Positions 26,984 to 36,063 of a stretch of DNA of 64,000 nt are shown here, in pieces. The notes below the pieces were generated by a model that had not been told where the DNA came from, did not search any database, and was given only the letters and a program-made list of their open reading frames with translations. The translations under genes were made by a program, and so were the position numbers. Each line of letters starts with the position of its first letter. Positions within the stretch are counted from its first letter, which is position 1. The stretch lies in the sequence record MN871451.1; one strand, 5' to 3'.

Positions 26984-29221
26984 TTATTCATCTACTAGTA
27001 CGCCTATTCTAATTTCTTTAATGTAGTTATTGTTAACATTATTTGCCATAATGACCAATAACTCTAGTGCATTATCCATTCCGTTTGAAGATCCACGCAT
27101 AGTTACGTAACCGTTAGCGTAAGCCTCAGCGGAAGAGTTTGCTGTGTTAGAAGAAGGCTGGCAAACTAACGTTGTGTCTTGCGGATTCATTGTATTGTCG
27201 ACAGCTGATATTTTATTGTTCGTCAATTCCATGAGCATCGGATTACCGATGTTACCATCCCAGGATGGTAATCTACGAAGAGTCATGCTAAATGAAGTTG
27301 GTCCATTAGCATTTCCTGCAAGGCTATTCTTATTAAAAGTTAAAAATGCGCGGACATCTACAACTCCGTTAACGTATGACGGGATAGGTATTCGCATGAT
27401 AACATCATTTACGCCCGTCGCGATAAACCTTCCGTCGTATCTTAATAAATCGGCTGCCGGGGTAACAAGATACGCCGTAGGGGTAAAATACAAATAACCG
27501 ATTTTATACCCGCGAATTGTATTGTTTTGGAAGAAACCAAATGGGGTTTGTGTTTCTCGATAGAAAGGTTTTTGCGGTTTAAATTTGAGTACATTAAATT
27601 GGGCATTTGAGGTCCTAAAGTAAACGTCGTATATTACGTTGTTCACTTTCAAATCACTGAATATCCCGTACTTACCTGCAATACTGATTCCGTTATCCGA
27701 ATTATTCACCTCGATGTCGCTGAAAATATTCGGTTTACTTGCATCGTTGAAACTGGCATCGGAATAGAAAGTACTCAGTCCGTTCTTCGCGTTATTGACA
27801 TAGAGGCCACGAACAATACAACCTTTTGTATTATTAATTAACACCCCTTCAGAGGACGCTGAGCGACCGAGGTTATTAATCTGAATGTTCGTAAACGTTA
27901 CATCCTCGCAGAGATTCGTCGCTATCCCTGAACCATTTAATGTACCGTCTTTTAATGGTTTATACTGAATCGCCGTATCTACTGTGACATCAGTAGAGTT
28001 TGCAACAAAAACAAGACTATAGAATGTTTTATCTTGGTTAGGATTTAAACAGTACAGGTTATGGATGTTAACGCGGTAGCAAGACGGGGTTTCAGGGATA
28101 GTATCAGAGCCTACGTTAACTATCTCTGTCCACCCTTCGCCATAAATGTTTTTGATCTCTATATCCATTGCGTTGTTTAAGTTTATCCCATAACCACCGT
28201 TCAGGTTACTCCCTGTATAAACAGCAACTAAATATAAATTGGAAATAGAGCAGTTTGTGCACTGCGCCAAGTTTTGATTATCGCGGAGATACTGTTTCTG
28301 TCCAGGGTTAACGAAGGTGTTATCTGCAACATTTCCGCCGACGACTGTTCCGGATCGCCATACCGACATTCCTTTTACACGGTTAGCTTCGCGGGAACTT
28401 CCCATTACAAACCCACCGCGGCCTTTAGCCGATAACAAAGGGTTCTCAAAAATGACCTTACTTCCCATACCTTGTCCAATCATTTTCGTCTTATGGAAAA
28501 AGAAAACCGGGAAAGTAATCCGAAAGGCTACATCGGGAGATGGTACGTTTATAATGCCGCCACCGAATTGATAGGTACCGTACGTGGCCCCTTGGAAGGC
28601 GAAGTAATCGTCAGTAACACCGTCTCCTTTAGCGCCAAAATCATAGACTGAAAAAATACCTTTATCCGGTACTCGTTGCCAGACCCATTGATCGTCGTAT
28701 CTAACATGCGCACCATTGTCGTTTTCTACCGTACTGTTACGAATAGCTTTGAAGTTACCACCCCCTCGGCTGTTCCCTGAATAATAACCCCTCAAAAAAA
28801 TAACCTGTCCTTCAAAGGAGGGTTGAACAGAACTGATCTCTGAAAAGTTATCGACTTGAATTTGAATGTGTTTTAATAACGCGGGAATATAAATAATTTT
28901 CTTAGTTCCGCTTTTACCGATGACCGCATTCGCGCCAATGTTAGTTCGGACGTATTCGTTGACTGATAATTTGTTACTGTCGACATAAACGTAGAAGAGT
29001 TGGTTTTCTACCGTTGCAGCAATCCCCTCCTCCACTGTCTCAAAGGCATGGTCAAAATCAAAAAGATCCCGAACCTGGCTCAATGTGATTTTGTTCGTTG
29101 CCAAAGTACCGCTAGATAACGTCAAACTTAGCGGTAACTCTCCTGCCATATTCCCGCTAGTCAAACTGTTTAATTCACTGATCTTATTCCCGAAGTCACT
29201 CATTACCATTACCTTTCTCAT
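26984..29221 (-). CDS. tailspike / depolymerase (pectate-lyase-like beta-helix)
   Basis: GGGNF..DNG..WQR module; SVYDFGAKGDGVTDDYFAFQ beta-helix start; Asn-rich rungs. The true start may be an in-frame ATG near 29203 (MSDFGNKISELN). Confidence 0.85.
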   Translation of the reverse strand: MRKVMVMSDFGNKISELNSLTSGNMAGELPLSLTLSSGTLATNKITLSQVRDLFDFDHAFETVEEGIAATVENQLFYVYVDSNKLSVNEYVRTNIGANAVIGKSGTKKIIYIPALLKHIQIQVDNFSEISSVQPSFEGQVIFLRGYYSGNSRGGGNFKAIRNSTVENDNGAHVRYDDQWVWQRVPDKGIFSVYDFGAKGDGVTDDYFAFQGATYGTYQFGGGIINVPSPDVAFRITFPVFFFHKTKMIGQGMGSKVIFENPLLSAKGRGGFVMGSSREANRVKGMSVWRSGTVVGGNVADNTFVNPGQKQYLRDNQNLAQCTNCSISNLYLVAVYTGSNLNGGYGINLNNAMDIEIKNIYGEGWTEIVNVGSDTIPETPSCYRVNIHNLYCLNPNQDKTFYSLVFVANSTDVTVDTAIQYKPLKDGTLNGSGIATNLCEDVTFTNIQINNLGRSASSEGVLINNTKGCIVRGLYVNNAKNGLSTFYSDASFNDASKPNIFSDIEVNNSDNGISIAGKYGIFSDLKVNNVIYDVYFRTSNAQFNVLKFKPQKPFYRETQTPFGFFQNNTIRGYKIGYLYFTPTAYLVTPAADLLRYDGRFIATGVNDVIMRIPIPSYVNGVVDVRAFLTFNKNSLAGNANGPTSFSMTLRRLPSWDGNIGNPMLMELTNNKISAVDNTMNPQDTTLVCQPSSNTANSSAEAYANGYVTMRGSSNGMDNALELLVIMANNVNNNYIKEIRIGVLVDE

Positions 29222-29284
29222 GGGGTTATTGTCATAGGAAAATTACCGTTCTCTTTTCACTACCGTTCCAATTAGTTTGATACC

Positions 29285-29299
29285 TATATCACCCTATTG
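29285..29299 (+). promoter_or_regulatory. putative early promoter
   Basis: TATATCAC-CCTA-TTG. Confidence 0.65.
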
Positions 29300-29337
29300 C
29301 AGTTAACATCATTAACAAAAAATAAGGTGATTAAACA

Positions 29338-29418
29338 ATGTCTGATTTACTCGATTTACTGGTTTTGGTTTTACTGGGTCAAAGCAACGATGACAGCGAT
29401 GACGATGACGATGAATAA
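29338..29418 (+). CDS. 26-aa microprotein with hydrophobic core and poly-Asp tail (not in ORF track)
   Basis: AAGGTG RBS; MSDLLDLLVLVLLGQSNDDSDDDDDE; first ORF after the promoter motif. Confidence 0.6.
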   Translation: MSDLLDLLVLVLLGQSNDDSDDDDDE

Positions 29419-29430
29419 TTTGGAGGGAGT

Positions 29431-30018
29431 ATGGAAAAGACCGAATTTGCTTACGTGACAACGATAGGATCCACTGACTTAGGACAGGCGCACTTTTCGT
29501 TCTGTAAAGAGTTAGGATTCTTTCTTTGCGAACAGGGGTTCTCAATCCGCTCCGGGAAAGCACCGGGTGCCGACCAAGCGTTTCAATCTGGTTTTGAGAA
29601 CTCGCTTTCAGCAGCGGACTATATTCGTGACCCACAGATCTTTCTTCCGTGGAAAACCTTCGAGCGTGACAACGTCTTTGTCTCTGATCGCTACGATCGT
29701 TACGACTACAGCCCGGAAAGCATTGCGAAAGCAGAGGCTATTATCTCGACCGTTCACCCGGTCTGGGATCGTTTAACTGACGGCCAAAAGCGTTTCCATA
29801 TTCGCAACGTCTTTCAGATTCTTGGCGAAGACGTTGAATCGCCGTCAGCATTTTTGATCGCGTGTGCGCCAGAGGACTCTGAAGGGCTTCCGAAAGGCGG
29901 TACTCGGTCTGCCTTTAAAATTGCAAGGGATCGTGATATCCCTTGCATCAACATCTACGACCTTTCTCACCAGATCGTCTTTGATTGGTTAGAAAAAACA
30001 ATGGGGAGTTCACGATGA
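29431..30018 (+). CDS. SLOG-superfamily (DprA/Smf-like nucleotide-binding domain) protein
   Basis: TIGS, IRSGKAPGADQAF, IFLPW, RNVFQILG and GGTRSA.KIA....IPCIN motifs. Confidence 0.8.
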   Translation: MEKTEFAYVTTIGSTDLGQAHFSFCKELGFFLCEQGFSIRSGKAPGADQAFQSGFENSLSAADYIRDPQIFLPWKTFERDNVFVSDRYDRYDYSPESIAKAEAIISTVHPVWDRLTDGQKRFHIRNVFQILGEDVESPSAFLIACAPEDSEGLPKGGTRSAFKIARDRDIPCINIYDLSHQIVFDWLEKTMGSSR

Positions 30019-30359
30019 TCGCCAAACATTTAATCGAAGAATTTAAACGAGAGTTTTCCGATGCCAGCGCGGTCTACAAAGCTTACGCTGAAAATAATGA
30101 AAATACCCAAATGTACGGATGGGCAGGACATTACGAAGTCGCCGCCGAGGTGTCAGCAGATGCGTTGCGTATCAACATCACTCACCCTGACGGAACGTAT
30201 TGGACGGATGATCCAGCCACCCTCGCAGCAGACGTCGAAAAGTTGAAAGATTTATTGGTCGCCTTCTTACCGGAAAACGGCTATAAAACGGAAAGCGTTG
30301 TTGAACCTTCCGTGATTTCTTTCACTGTGCGTAAGAACACGGCGGGCGCTGCGCTATGA
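30015..30359 (+). CDS. hypothetical protein (paralog of the next gene)
   Basis: ATG 30015 after GGGAG. Confidence 0.7.
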   Translation: MIAKHLIEEFKREFSDASAVYKAYAENNENTQMYGWAGHYEVAAEVSADALRINITHPDGTYWTDDPATLAADVEKLKDLLVAFLPENGYKTESVVEPSVISFTVRKNTAGAAL

Positions 30360-30721
30360 CGACTTCGCCCTTATTACGTTCAATTGAATATCAAAAAACA
30401 TCCGACCGCATTTTTGATATTTTACGTAAACTGTTTGACCGCAAACAGAATGGGTCGGATGTCGATTCTGCTTCATTAAATAATACTGTGGCAGTAGACC
30501 TCGACAACGGTAGGTTGATCGTGCAGATTAAAAGTAATAATCGTTTTATTTGGGGTGGCAGCGAAGTCAATTATCGATTTGTCTTGGCAACCCAAATTAA
30601 TCTTCTGCGTCAACGTATCGGCGAGTTACTGAAAGAGATTGATCCGGAGTATGAATACCAGGGATCTTCAGAGTTGGACCCTGGACTTATCATATTCTTG
30701 TTTAAACGAAATGCAAAATAG
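30356..30721 (+). CDS. hypothetical protein (paralog of the previous gene)
   Basis: ATGA overlap; 121 aa. Confidence 0.7.
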   Translation: MTTSPLLRSIEYQKTSDRIFDILRKLFDRKQNGSDVDSASLNNTVAVDLDNGRLIVQIKSNNRFIWGGSEVNYRFVLATQINLLRQRIGELLKEIDPEYEYQGSSELDPGLIIFLFKRNAK

Positions 30722-30733
30722 GAGTTTAGTGAT

Positions 30734-31342
30734 ATGAACGCCACCCTCAATAAATACCTCCCTGACGATGCGGAATTAACTGCTATTGAAGTTAATTCGC
30801 TTCTTGAACTTTTTAACGATCTTGGTCGCAGCGGCATCGCACTCAGATCAAAAAATAATTTGGAAATTGTCTCTTTCACCGAATTGACCGGGATAAGTTT
30901 ACCTTGGTCTCAGGCGGTCGCTCTTGCTTTAGGTGAGAAAGAAGCTTTTTTACAATTCCCCACTGACCGTTGCGCAGCGCTGGCAAAAGATATCATTAGC
31001 GACCTTTGGTTGAAGTCATACGGGATCGTTGATGATAGTAAGCCTATGCCGTCTCCTTCCAGTTATTTTATTGGTGAAGACGCGGAACCATTCTCAGAAA
31101 AAGACATTGAATTCTTCTCTGAGGTTGAAGATAATGCCGACGAAAACAAATTCAGTTTCAGTTATCATGAGACCGGTGCCGCCGGCGGCGCGGTTGTTTA
31201 CGTGCGCTGGAAAGCTGTCAATCTCGTCGCACGAAATGATACGACCGTTTTTATCGACGATAAAGAAATTACCTTTCAAACAGAGAGCGCGGCCATTGCG
31301 TTTCACGCATGGGTCATTGAATGCGTAGATTATTACGGTTAA
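30734..31342 (+). CDS. hypothetical protein
   Basis: AGGAG RBS; 202 aa. Confidence 0.7.
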   Translation: MNATLNKYLPDDAELTAIEVNSLLELFNDLGRSGIALRSKNNLEIVSFTELTGISLPWSQAVALALGEKEAFLQFPTDRCAALAKDIISDLWLKSYGIVDDSKPMPSPSSYFIGEDAEPFSEKDIEFFSEVEDNADENKFSFSYHETGAAGGAVVYVRWKAVNLVARNDTTVFIDDKEITFQTESAAIAFHAWVIECVDYYG

Positions 31343-31356
31343 AGTAAGGAAAAAAG

Positions 31357-31632
31357 ATGACTTGGGCACCCAGTACGTATTTCTCGTTTGTGATGTTTTT
31401 CGTTATCCTCACTATCGCGGTGTTATCCGAAAAAATACACCAACTCAACCCCAGTCTATGGGCGGTTTTTACGATAGTGGGGGTGGGTCTTCTTTCATTG
31501 ATTTTCTGCGTATGGCGTGTTGATGCCGTAGGTAAAAACAACAAAAAAGAAAATCAGCGGCGATGGTATTATTTCACCGCCGTGATCTCTGGGTTGGTTG
31601 TGATATTAACTTTAGTAGCAGCAGGGGTGTAA
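31357..31632 (+). CDS. three-TM membrane protein
   Basis: AAGGA RBS; three hydrophobic segments. Confidence 0.7.
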   Translation: MTWAPSTYFSFVMFFVILTIAVLSEKIHQLNPSLWAVFTIVGVGLLSLIFCVWRVDAVGKNNKKENQRRWYYFTAVISGLVVILTLVAAGV

Positions 31633-31635
31633 TTG

Positions 31636-32223
31636 ATGTCAGCACTAGTGTTCCGATTTGGCAGTATGAATTCCAGTAAATCTTCAAATCTACTGCAAAC
31701 TGCGTACAACTACCGAGAAAGGGGGATGTCGGTTCATGTCTACAAACCGACGATTGATACTCGAGATAAAGTGGGTAAAGTTGTTTCTCGTATTGGGTTA
31801 GAAGGTAATTGTGTCATGCTAGGAAAAAACGATTCTTTCCTAAACGACATTTACAAGGATCGTAATTACCCTAAAGTCATTTTGGTCGACGAAGCCCAAT
31901 TCCTCGAACCATTCCACGTTTACGAACTTCGATCGCTCGTTGACCTTTACGACGTCACCGTTCTGTGTTACGGGCTGCGGACAGATTTTCAACGGAACAC
32001 TTTCCCGGCCAGTGCGATTCTTTTAGCCATAGCCGATAAACTCGAAGAGATACCGACAATTTGTTGGTGCGGGGTAAAAGCCAGATTTGTTCTGCGTTTG
32101 GATGGTGAAGGTAATGTTATAGTGGTCGGCCCTCAGGTACTCGTGGGTGGCAATGACCAGTATGTTTCTGTCTGTTCTAAACATTGGGCATTACAACAAC
32201 CTCGTAATCCGGACGTTGAATAA
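31636..32223 (+). CDS. tdk: thymidine kinase
   Basis: FGSMNSSKS P-loop, KPTIDTR, LVDEAQFL, YGLRTDF, ICWC and GG..Y.SVC..H motifs. Confidence 0.93.
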   Translation: MSALVFRFGSMNSSKSSNLLQTAYNYRERGMSVHVYKPTIDTRDKVGKVVSRIGLEGNCVMLGKNDSFLNDIYKDRNYPKVILVDEAQFLEPFHVYELRSLVDLYDVTVLCYGLRTDFQRNTFPASAILLAIADKLEEIPTICWCGVKARFVLRLDGEGNVIVVGPQVLVGGNDQYVSVCSKHWALQQPRNPDVE

Positions 32224-32225
32224 TC

Positions 32226-32507
32226 ATGAAGCGATTTTCACCCAGTACTAATGTTTCCTTCGTATTCTTGTTCATTCTGATCCTGGTTGGTTTCCTGTTC
32301 AAAATTTTTACTGGTATACGCCTCCCGCCTTCAGTGGCGGGGTGCTTTTTACTTGGGGGTCTGATATTGTCATTGATTTTCTCTTTTCTCCTGAAACGAG
32401 AAGGTCAACGTAAATCCCCATCTAGGTACGTTTTCAACTGGTGCTACCTGTACCTGATCATCGCTCTGACCATGATGAGCTGGTCACTCTTATTCGTGAG
32501 GTTATAA
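32226..32507 (+). CDS. three-TM membrane protein (paralog of 31357..31632)
   Basis: Shares the PST..SFV, PS, LSLIF and W.Y pattern. Confidence 0.7.
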   Translation: MKRFSPSTNVSFVFLFILILVGFLFKIFTGIRLPPSVAGCFLLGGLILSLIFSFLLKREGQRKSPSRYVFNWCYLYLIIALTMMSWSLLFVRL

Positions 32508-32508
32508 C

Positions 32509-33072
32509 GTGTCAGAACATACCGCTGAAACACTCAGAGAGATGTTCCTCTCTGACATTAAACAAATACTTCGATACTGTAACCGCAATACGGGAACGAA
32601 GGAAGAAGCCCTTTCGTTAGCAGGGTTCATGTTCTTAACGCTCATTGACGGGACAAGTAGCAACGGTATTCCTACTCCTATCGACATCGTGGTGACGGCC
32701 CATCCAGAAGAAGAGATTGAAGAACTTCTTTTAGACGAGCGGAGGGTTGTTAAGAAGGACACTGTCATTAATGGGGATTGTTATCTTCATAACCTTTTGG
32801 GCGATATTGGTTTGGTTCCAAAAACATTCTATCCCGCGATACTAGACCGGTATCGTAAAATGATTGAGAGTAACGCCGACAAGTTAGGAGAGGGTTATTT
32901 CTCTGCGTCGCATTTACTGTCGATGCTAGAGACCCTACGCGATGACCTGGAACAGAGTCTCTCCAAGAAACACCGTTGGCTGGGTTTCGTACAGGGTGTT
33001 CTTTGTACATCGGGTCTCACGACGGTGGACGCCGAACGGGACTTTACCCGCGGCCTTTTCAATGGCGTTTAA
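32509..33072 (+). CDS. two-domain hypothetical phage protein
   Basis: C-terminal HLLSML...KKHRWLGFVQGVL...ERDFTR motif typical of a small phage family. Confidence 0.7.
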   Translation: MSEHTAETLREMFLSDIKQILRYCNRNTGTKEEALSLAGFMFLTLIDGTSSNGIPTPIDIVVTAHPEEEIEELLLDERRVVKKDTVINGDCYLHNLLGDIGLVPKTFYPAILDRYRKMIESNADKLGEGYFSASHLLSMLETLRDDLEQSLSKKHRWLGFVQGVLCTSGLTTVDAERDFTRGLFNGV

Positions 33073-33098
33073 TTAAAAACAAATCTACGGGGGTTAAA

Positions 33099-33752
33099 AT
33101 GAATAAAAACAAAATCCATTTAGACGGTGCAGATCTCACCGAAAAAGAAAAGCAATTTATTCACGAAGTCACGCCTTTTCTCAACAGTAAATTACCGGCG
33201 ATAGTACTCAGTCGTTTCTCCTCTTTCTTAAAACAAAACGACTTCTACTCTGCGAACAATGCGCAATTGTTGTTGATGAATTTTATCAGGCAGGCGCAAG
33301 AAAAAGCGAACCTTCTCGAACTGTCGCCTAAGGTTGTCAGGGCGATTGAGTTACTCTCGATCAACCAATCTCCGCGACCATTAACCAATACCTTGGCTGA
33401 TTGGAAGTGGTCGAATTATTACGACCATTACGTACACCGTGGTTGCCACCGGTTGATCAGATATGAAATTGATGGCCCGATTTATTTCAATGACGCTATT
33501 CATCACTTTCCTAAACCTCAGTTCAAATACTGGCAAGGTTACAGTACGGCCCGGCTGGTGCGCGCGGATGAGTTCCCGATTAACCCGCTGACCAATGTCC
33601 ATCCGCAATACTACTACGCCGAGCCGTGGGATGGTCGTGGGGCAATAGAGGATAAAATCGCCAGTTCGACACTGCTGGAGTTTCCTGAGCACGCCGAAGC
33701 CTGGTTAGCGATTAAACGCACTCAGTTCGAATCTAACGAGTCACAAGACTAA
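33099..33752 (+). CDS. hypothetical protein
   Basis: ATG 33099 after GGGG. Confidence 0.65.
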   Translation: MNKNKIHLDGADLTEKEKQFIHEVTPFLNSKLPAIVLSRFSSFLKQNDFYSANNAQLLLMNFIRQAQEKANLLELSPKVVRAIELLSINQSPRPLTNTLADWKWSNYYDHYVHRGCHRLIRYEIDGPIYFNDAIHHFPKPQFKYWQGYSTARLVRADEFPINPLTNVHPQYYYAEPWDGRGAIEDKIASSTLLEFPEHAEAWLAIKRTQFESNESQD

Positions 33753-33766
33753 CAGAAGGGATTTCA

Positions 33767-34153
33767 GTGGATACGACCAAAAGATTGAACCTGATCGCAC
33801 AGAGCGTTGTTCGCATCAATGAGATTGATGTTACTCCGATCAGTTCTAAAGAAGCGTTGAGGGGTTGGCAGGCTATTATGCGTTCCTCTTACGGCGTGAA
33901 AGAGTATATTCTCGACGGGAATGCAGAACCCGACGGTTCGAACTTCTTCATGCTCCGTTGCGAAGTCAACACGTTGATTGATGAACCTAGTCGTTACTCT
34001 CAGGGGGTGATGAGAAACATCACTATTGCTTCTATCAGTAATGATTTTGATCGGATGCTAATGCAACTGGAATCGTTCCTTCAACTGAACACGCAGTATT
34101 TTGTGACGCATACCGACAAATACGGTCGGGTATATGGTAAACATAAAGGATAG
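33767..34153 (+). CDS. hypothetical protein
   Basis: GTG start after AAGGGA. Confidence 0.65.
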   Translation: MDTTKRLNLIAQSVVRINEIDVTPISSKEALRGWQAIMRSSYGVKEYILDGNAEPDGSNFFMLRCEVNTLIDEPSRYSQGVMRNITIASISNDFDRMLMQLESFLQLNTQYFVTHTDKYGRVYGKHKG

Positions 34154-34158
34154 AGATT

Positions 34159-34524
34159 ATGTACCTCAAAGATTTCGACAACGAGTTGTTTAATCGCCTT
34201 GTTCAGAATAAACAGGTCCTGACCTATTTCACCGATCTGCTCTACCTGAACAGTAGCGAAGCGAATACGTTACAACGTATCTACGACGGTGCGAAAGATC
34301 GTTGGAAAACATTAACGGTCCCTTTGGAAGTTATCGTCAAAGAGATCGAATCCACGATCATTGGGTATTCCGATAGTCGCATCGAGAAAGGCGCCAAAGA
34401 CATTGACGTAGAACTCTATCGTTCGGTACCGGCAGCTATTCAAGCTGTTGTACTTCCGGGTATCGAAGACACGAAGAAGCGCGCCTTTGTCGTGGATCTC
34501 CTCAACGGGAAAGTGGTTAAATAG
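34159..34524 (+). CDS. hypothetical protein
   Basis: AAGGA RBS; 121 aa. Confidence 0.7.
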   Translation: MYLKDFDNELFNRLVQNKQVLTYFTDLLYLNSSEANTLQRIYDGAKDRWKTLTVPLEVIVKEIESTIIGYSDSRIEKGAKDIDVELYRSVPAAIQAVVLPGIEDTKKRAFVVDLLNGKVVK

Positions 34525-34583
34525 CTTACCTGATAAAACTACTCATAGCTCCTCTCTCCGCCTTAGCGGAGAGAGGAGTACTT

Positions 34584-35879
34584 TTATTTCATTGCTTTTT
34601 TGGCCACATTCAGCTGGGCTTCGGCCACACGGAAGAAGTGGTTGATGAATTGCATCAACGGTTTCGTGTAAGCTTTGATGTACGCCCGGTTAACGCGATT
34701 AATCGCGGTTTGATACTGGGTGCTACTGATCCCGAATACGATAGAACTTGCCAAACCAAAGTCGGTGTGCGTAGTAAAGAAATCAACGTTAAACATGGTG
34801 CCGGTCACTTTGGTACGGGAGAGACTTCCCATCGTCCCTTTGACCATCTGGCAAAGACGGCGCACAGATTCTTTGTTTACGCCGGTCATTTCAAAGGCGC
34901 GACCGTCGGTGTTCCCGGCTAAGTAGATATCCGGTACGGACTCGCCAATGCTTTTCGAGACAGCGCGGAAGTCTTCGCTCTTTTCCAGTCTTTCGCCGTT
35001 AGAAATATAAATCCCGCCGAACGCTTTACCATCGGTAAAGGTACTCTGGAACAGTGCGTCTAAAGCCTCAGCATTAGCGATGAATTTTTTCGCGAGATCG
35101 TTACGACTGTTCGCTTTGGCATCACCGCGGCCTAACGAGGTATCAAAAGTCTTCTGTACCAGGTTAACGAATTCGTCGTGTTTGGTCAGGACTTTCTGGG
35201 AGTACGGACCGGAGAGCTCGGCGGTTTTCTTGGCGATCGTTTCTAAACCGGAAACGGCTTTGTCAAACGTTGTCGCGAAACTGTTATTGTCCCACGCAAC
35301 GTAAACCGAGGAAGATTCACTGACCGGAACACTGTCTTTAAACTCTGCATCGGTCGCTTTCTTCTCGACAGAAGACACCAGATTCTTCAGGGCTTCCAAA
35401 CGAGAGAACAGTCCTTTCACGTATTTCTTGAAAGACTCGCCGGCGTTCTTGACTAACTGAACTGCGCCTTTCATGAAATTACTGACGGTTTCGCCGAGCG
35501 ATTCGAGAGCAGGTTCAGACGCGCCTTTGATTTCAAATGCTTCCAGAGAAGGGATGACGGTTTCTACGGTTTCACCGGTGCCGTCAACTACGGCGTCGGT
35601 CGCTTGTTCGATAAGCGCAATTTCGGCCGGGGTGGCGACACGATCTTCGCCTACGACTTCGCTACCGATAAAATCTTTCAGGAGTTCACCGCGTTCGGAT
35701 TTGTCATCGAGAATCGCAGATTCATCGAGCTGATCGACCACTTCACCGGTCAGCTCATAAGCTTCGAGGGCCAGTAAACCTAACTCACCAGCGTCGCCTT
35801 CCGGGAGATCAATAAACGCTTGGGCTTCCAAAGAGGGGGTAGAAGCAAGGGCTTCGAGTACTTTACGAGTATGTTTCAT
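34584..35879 (-). CDS. virion head (internal) protein of the phiKZ-type paralog family with cleavable propeptide
   Basis: Acidic N-terminal ~125 aa with repeated S/A-L-E motifs (PSLEA, LALEA, PSLEA, PALES), then a basic mature region; isolated - strand gene. Confidence 0.7.
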   Translation of the reverse strand: MKHTRKVLEALASTPSLEAQAFIDLPEGDAGELGLLALEAYELTGEVVDQLDESAILDDKSERGELLKDFIGSEVVGEDRVATPAEIALIEQATDAVVDGTGETVETVIPSLEAFEIKGASEPALESLGETVSNFMKGAVQLVKNAGESFKKYVKGLFSRLEALKNLVSSVEKKATDAEFKDSVPVSESSSVYVAWDNNSFATTFDKAVSGLETIAKKTAELSGPYSQKVLTKHDEFVNLVQKTFDTSLGRGDAKANSRNDLAKKFIANAEALDALFQSTFTDGKAFGGIYISNGERLEKSEDFRAVSKSIGESVPDIYLAGNTDGRAFEMTGVNKESVRRLCQMVKGTMGSLSRTKVTGTMFNVDFFTTHTDFGLASSIVFGISSTQYQTAINRVNRAYIKAYTKPLMQFINHFFRVAEAQLNVAKKAMK

Positions 35880-36063
35880 TTTGGGTCATAACCTTTGCAA
35901 AGGGTGATAATACGGGCGTTCGTAACATAAGATATACCTTGCTCGGAGATCTTTTTACGCACTTCGCCTTTAGTCTGATAATAAGAAGAAAGTCGTTATT
36001 AAAACGCACAGAGAATACGCTTTATACAATCAATTAATCGAAAAATAAGCTAAGGAAACAAAG

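Noticed and set aside
29390-29415. GATGAC microsatellite-like repeat as a contingency locus
   Set aside because: It is explained by alternating Asp codons in the microprotein tail, and the 6-nt unit would not shift the frame.
29431-30018. SLOG protein as a Thoeris ThsA-like defence effector
   Set aside because: It is a stand-alone DprA/Smf-like domain with no SIR2/TIR partner or fusion in the window.
31636-31690. Thymidine kinase P-loop SSKS instead of SGKS as a sign of inactivation
   Set aside because: Ser at this position occurs in other bacterial-type TKs as I recall, and all other motifs, including the Zn site, are intact.
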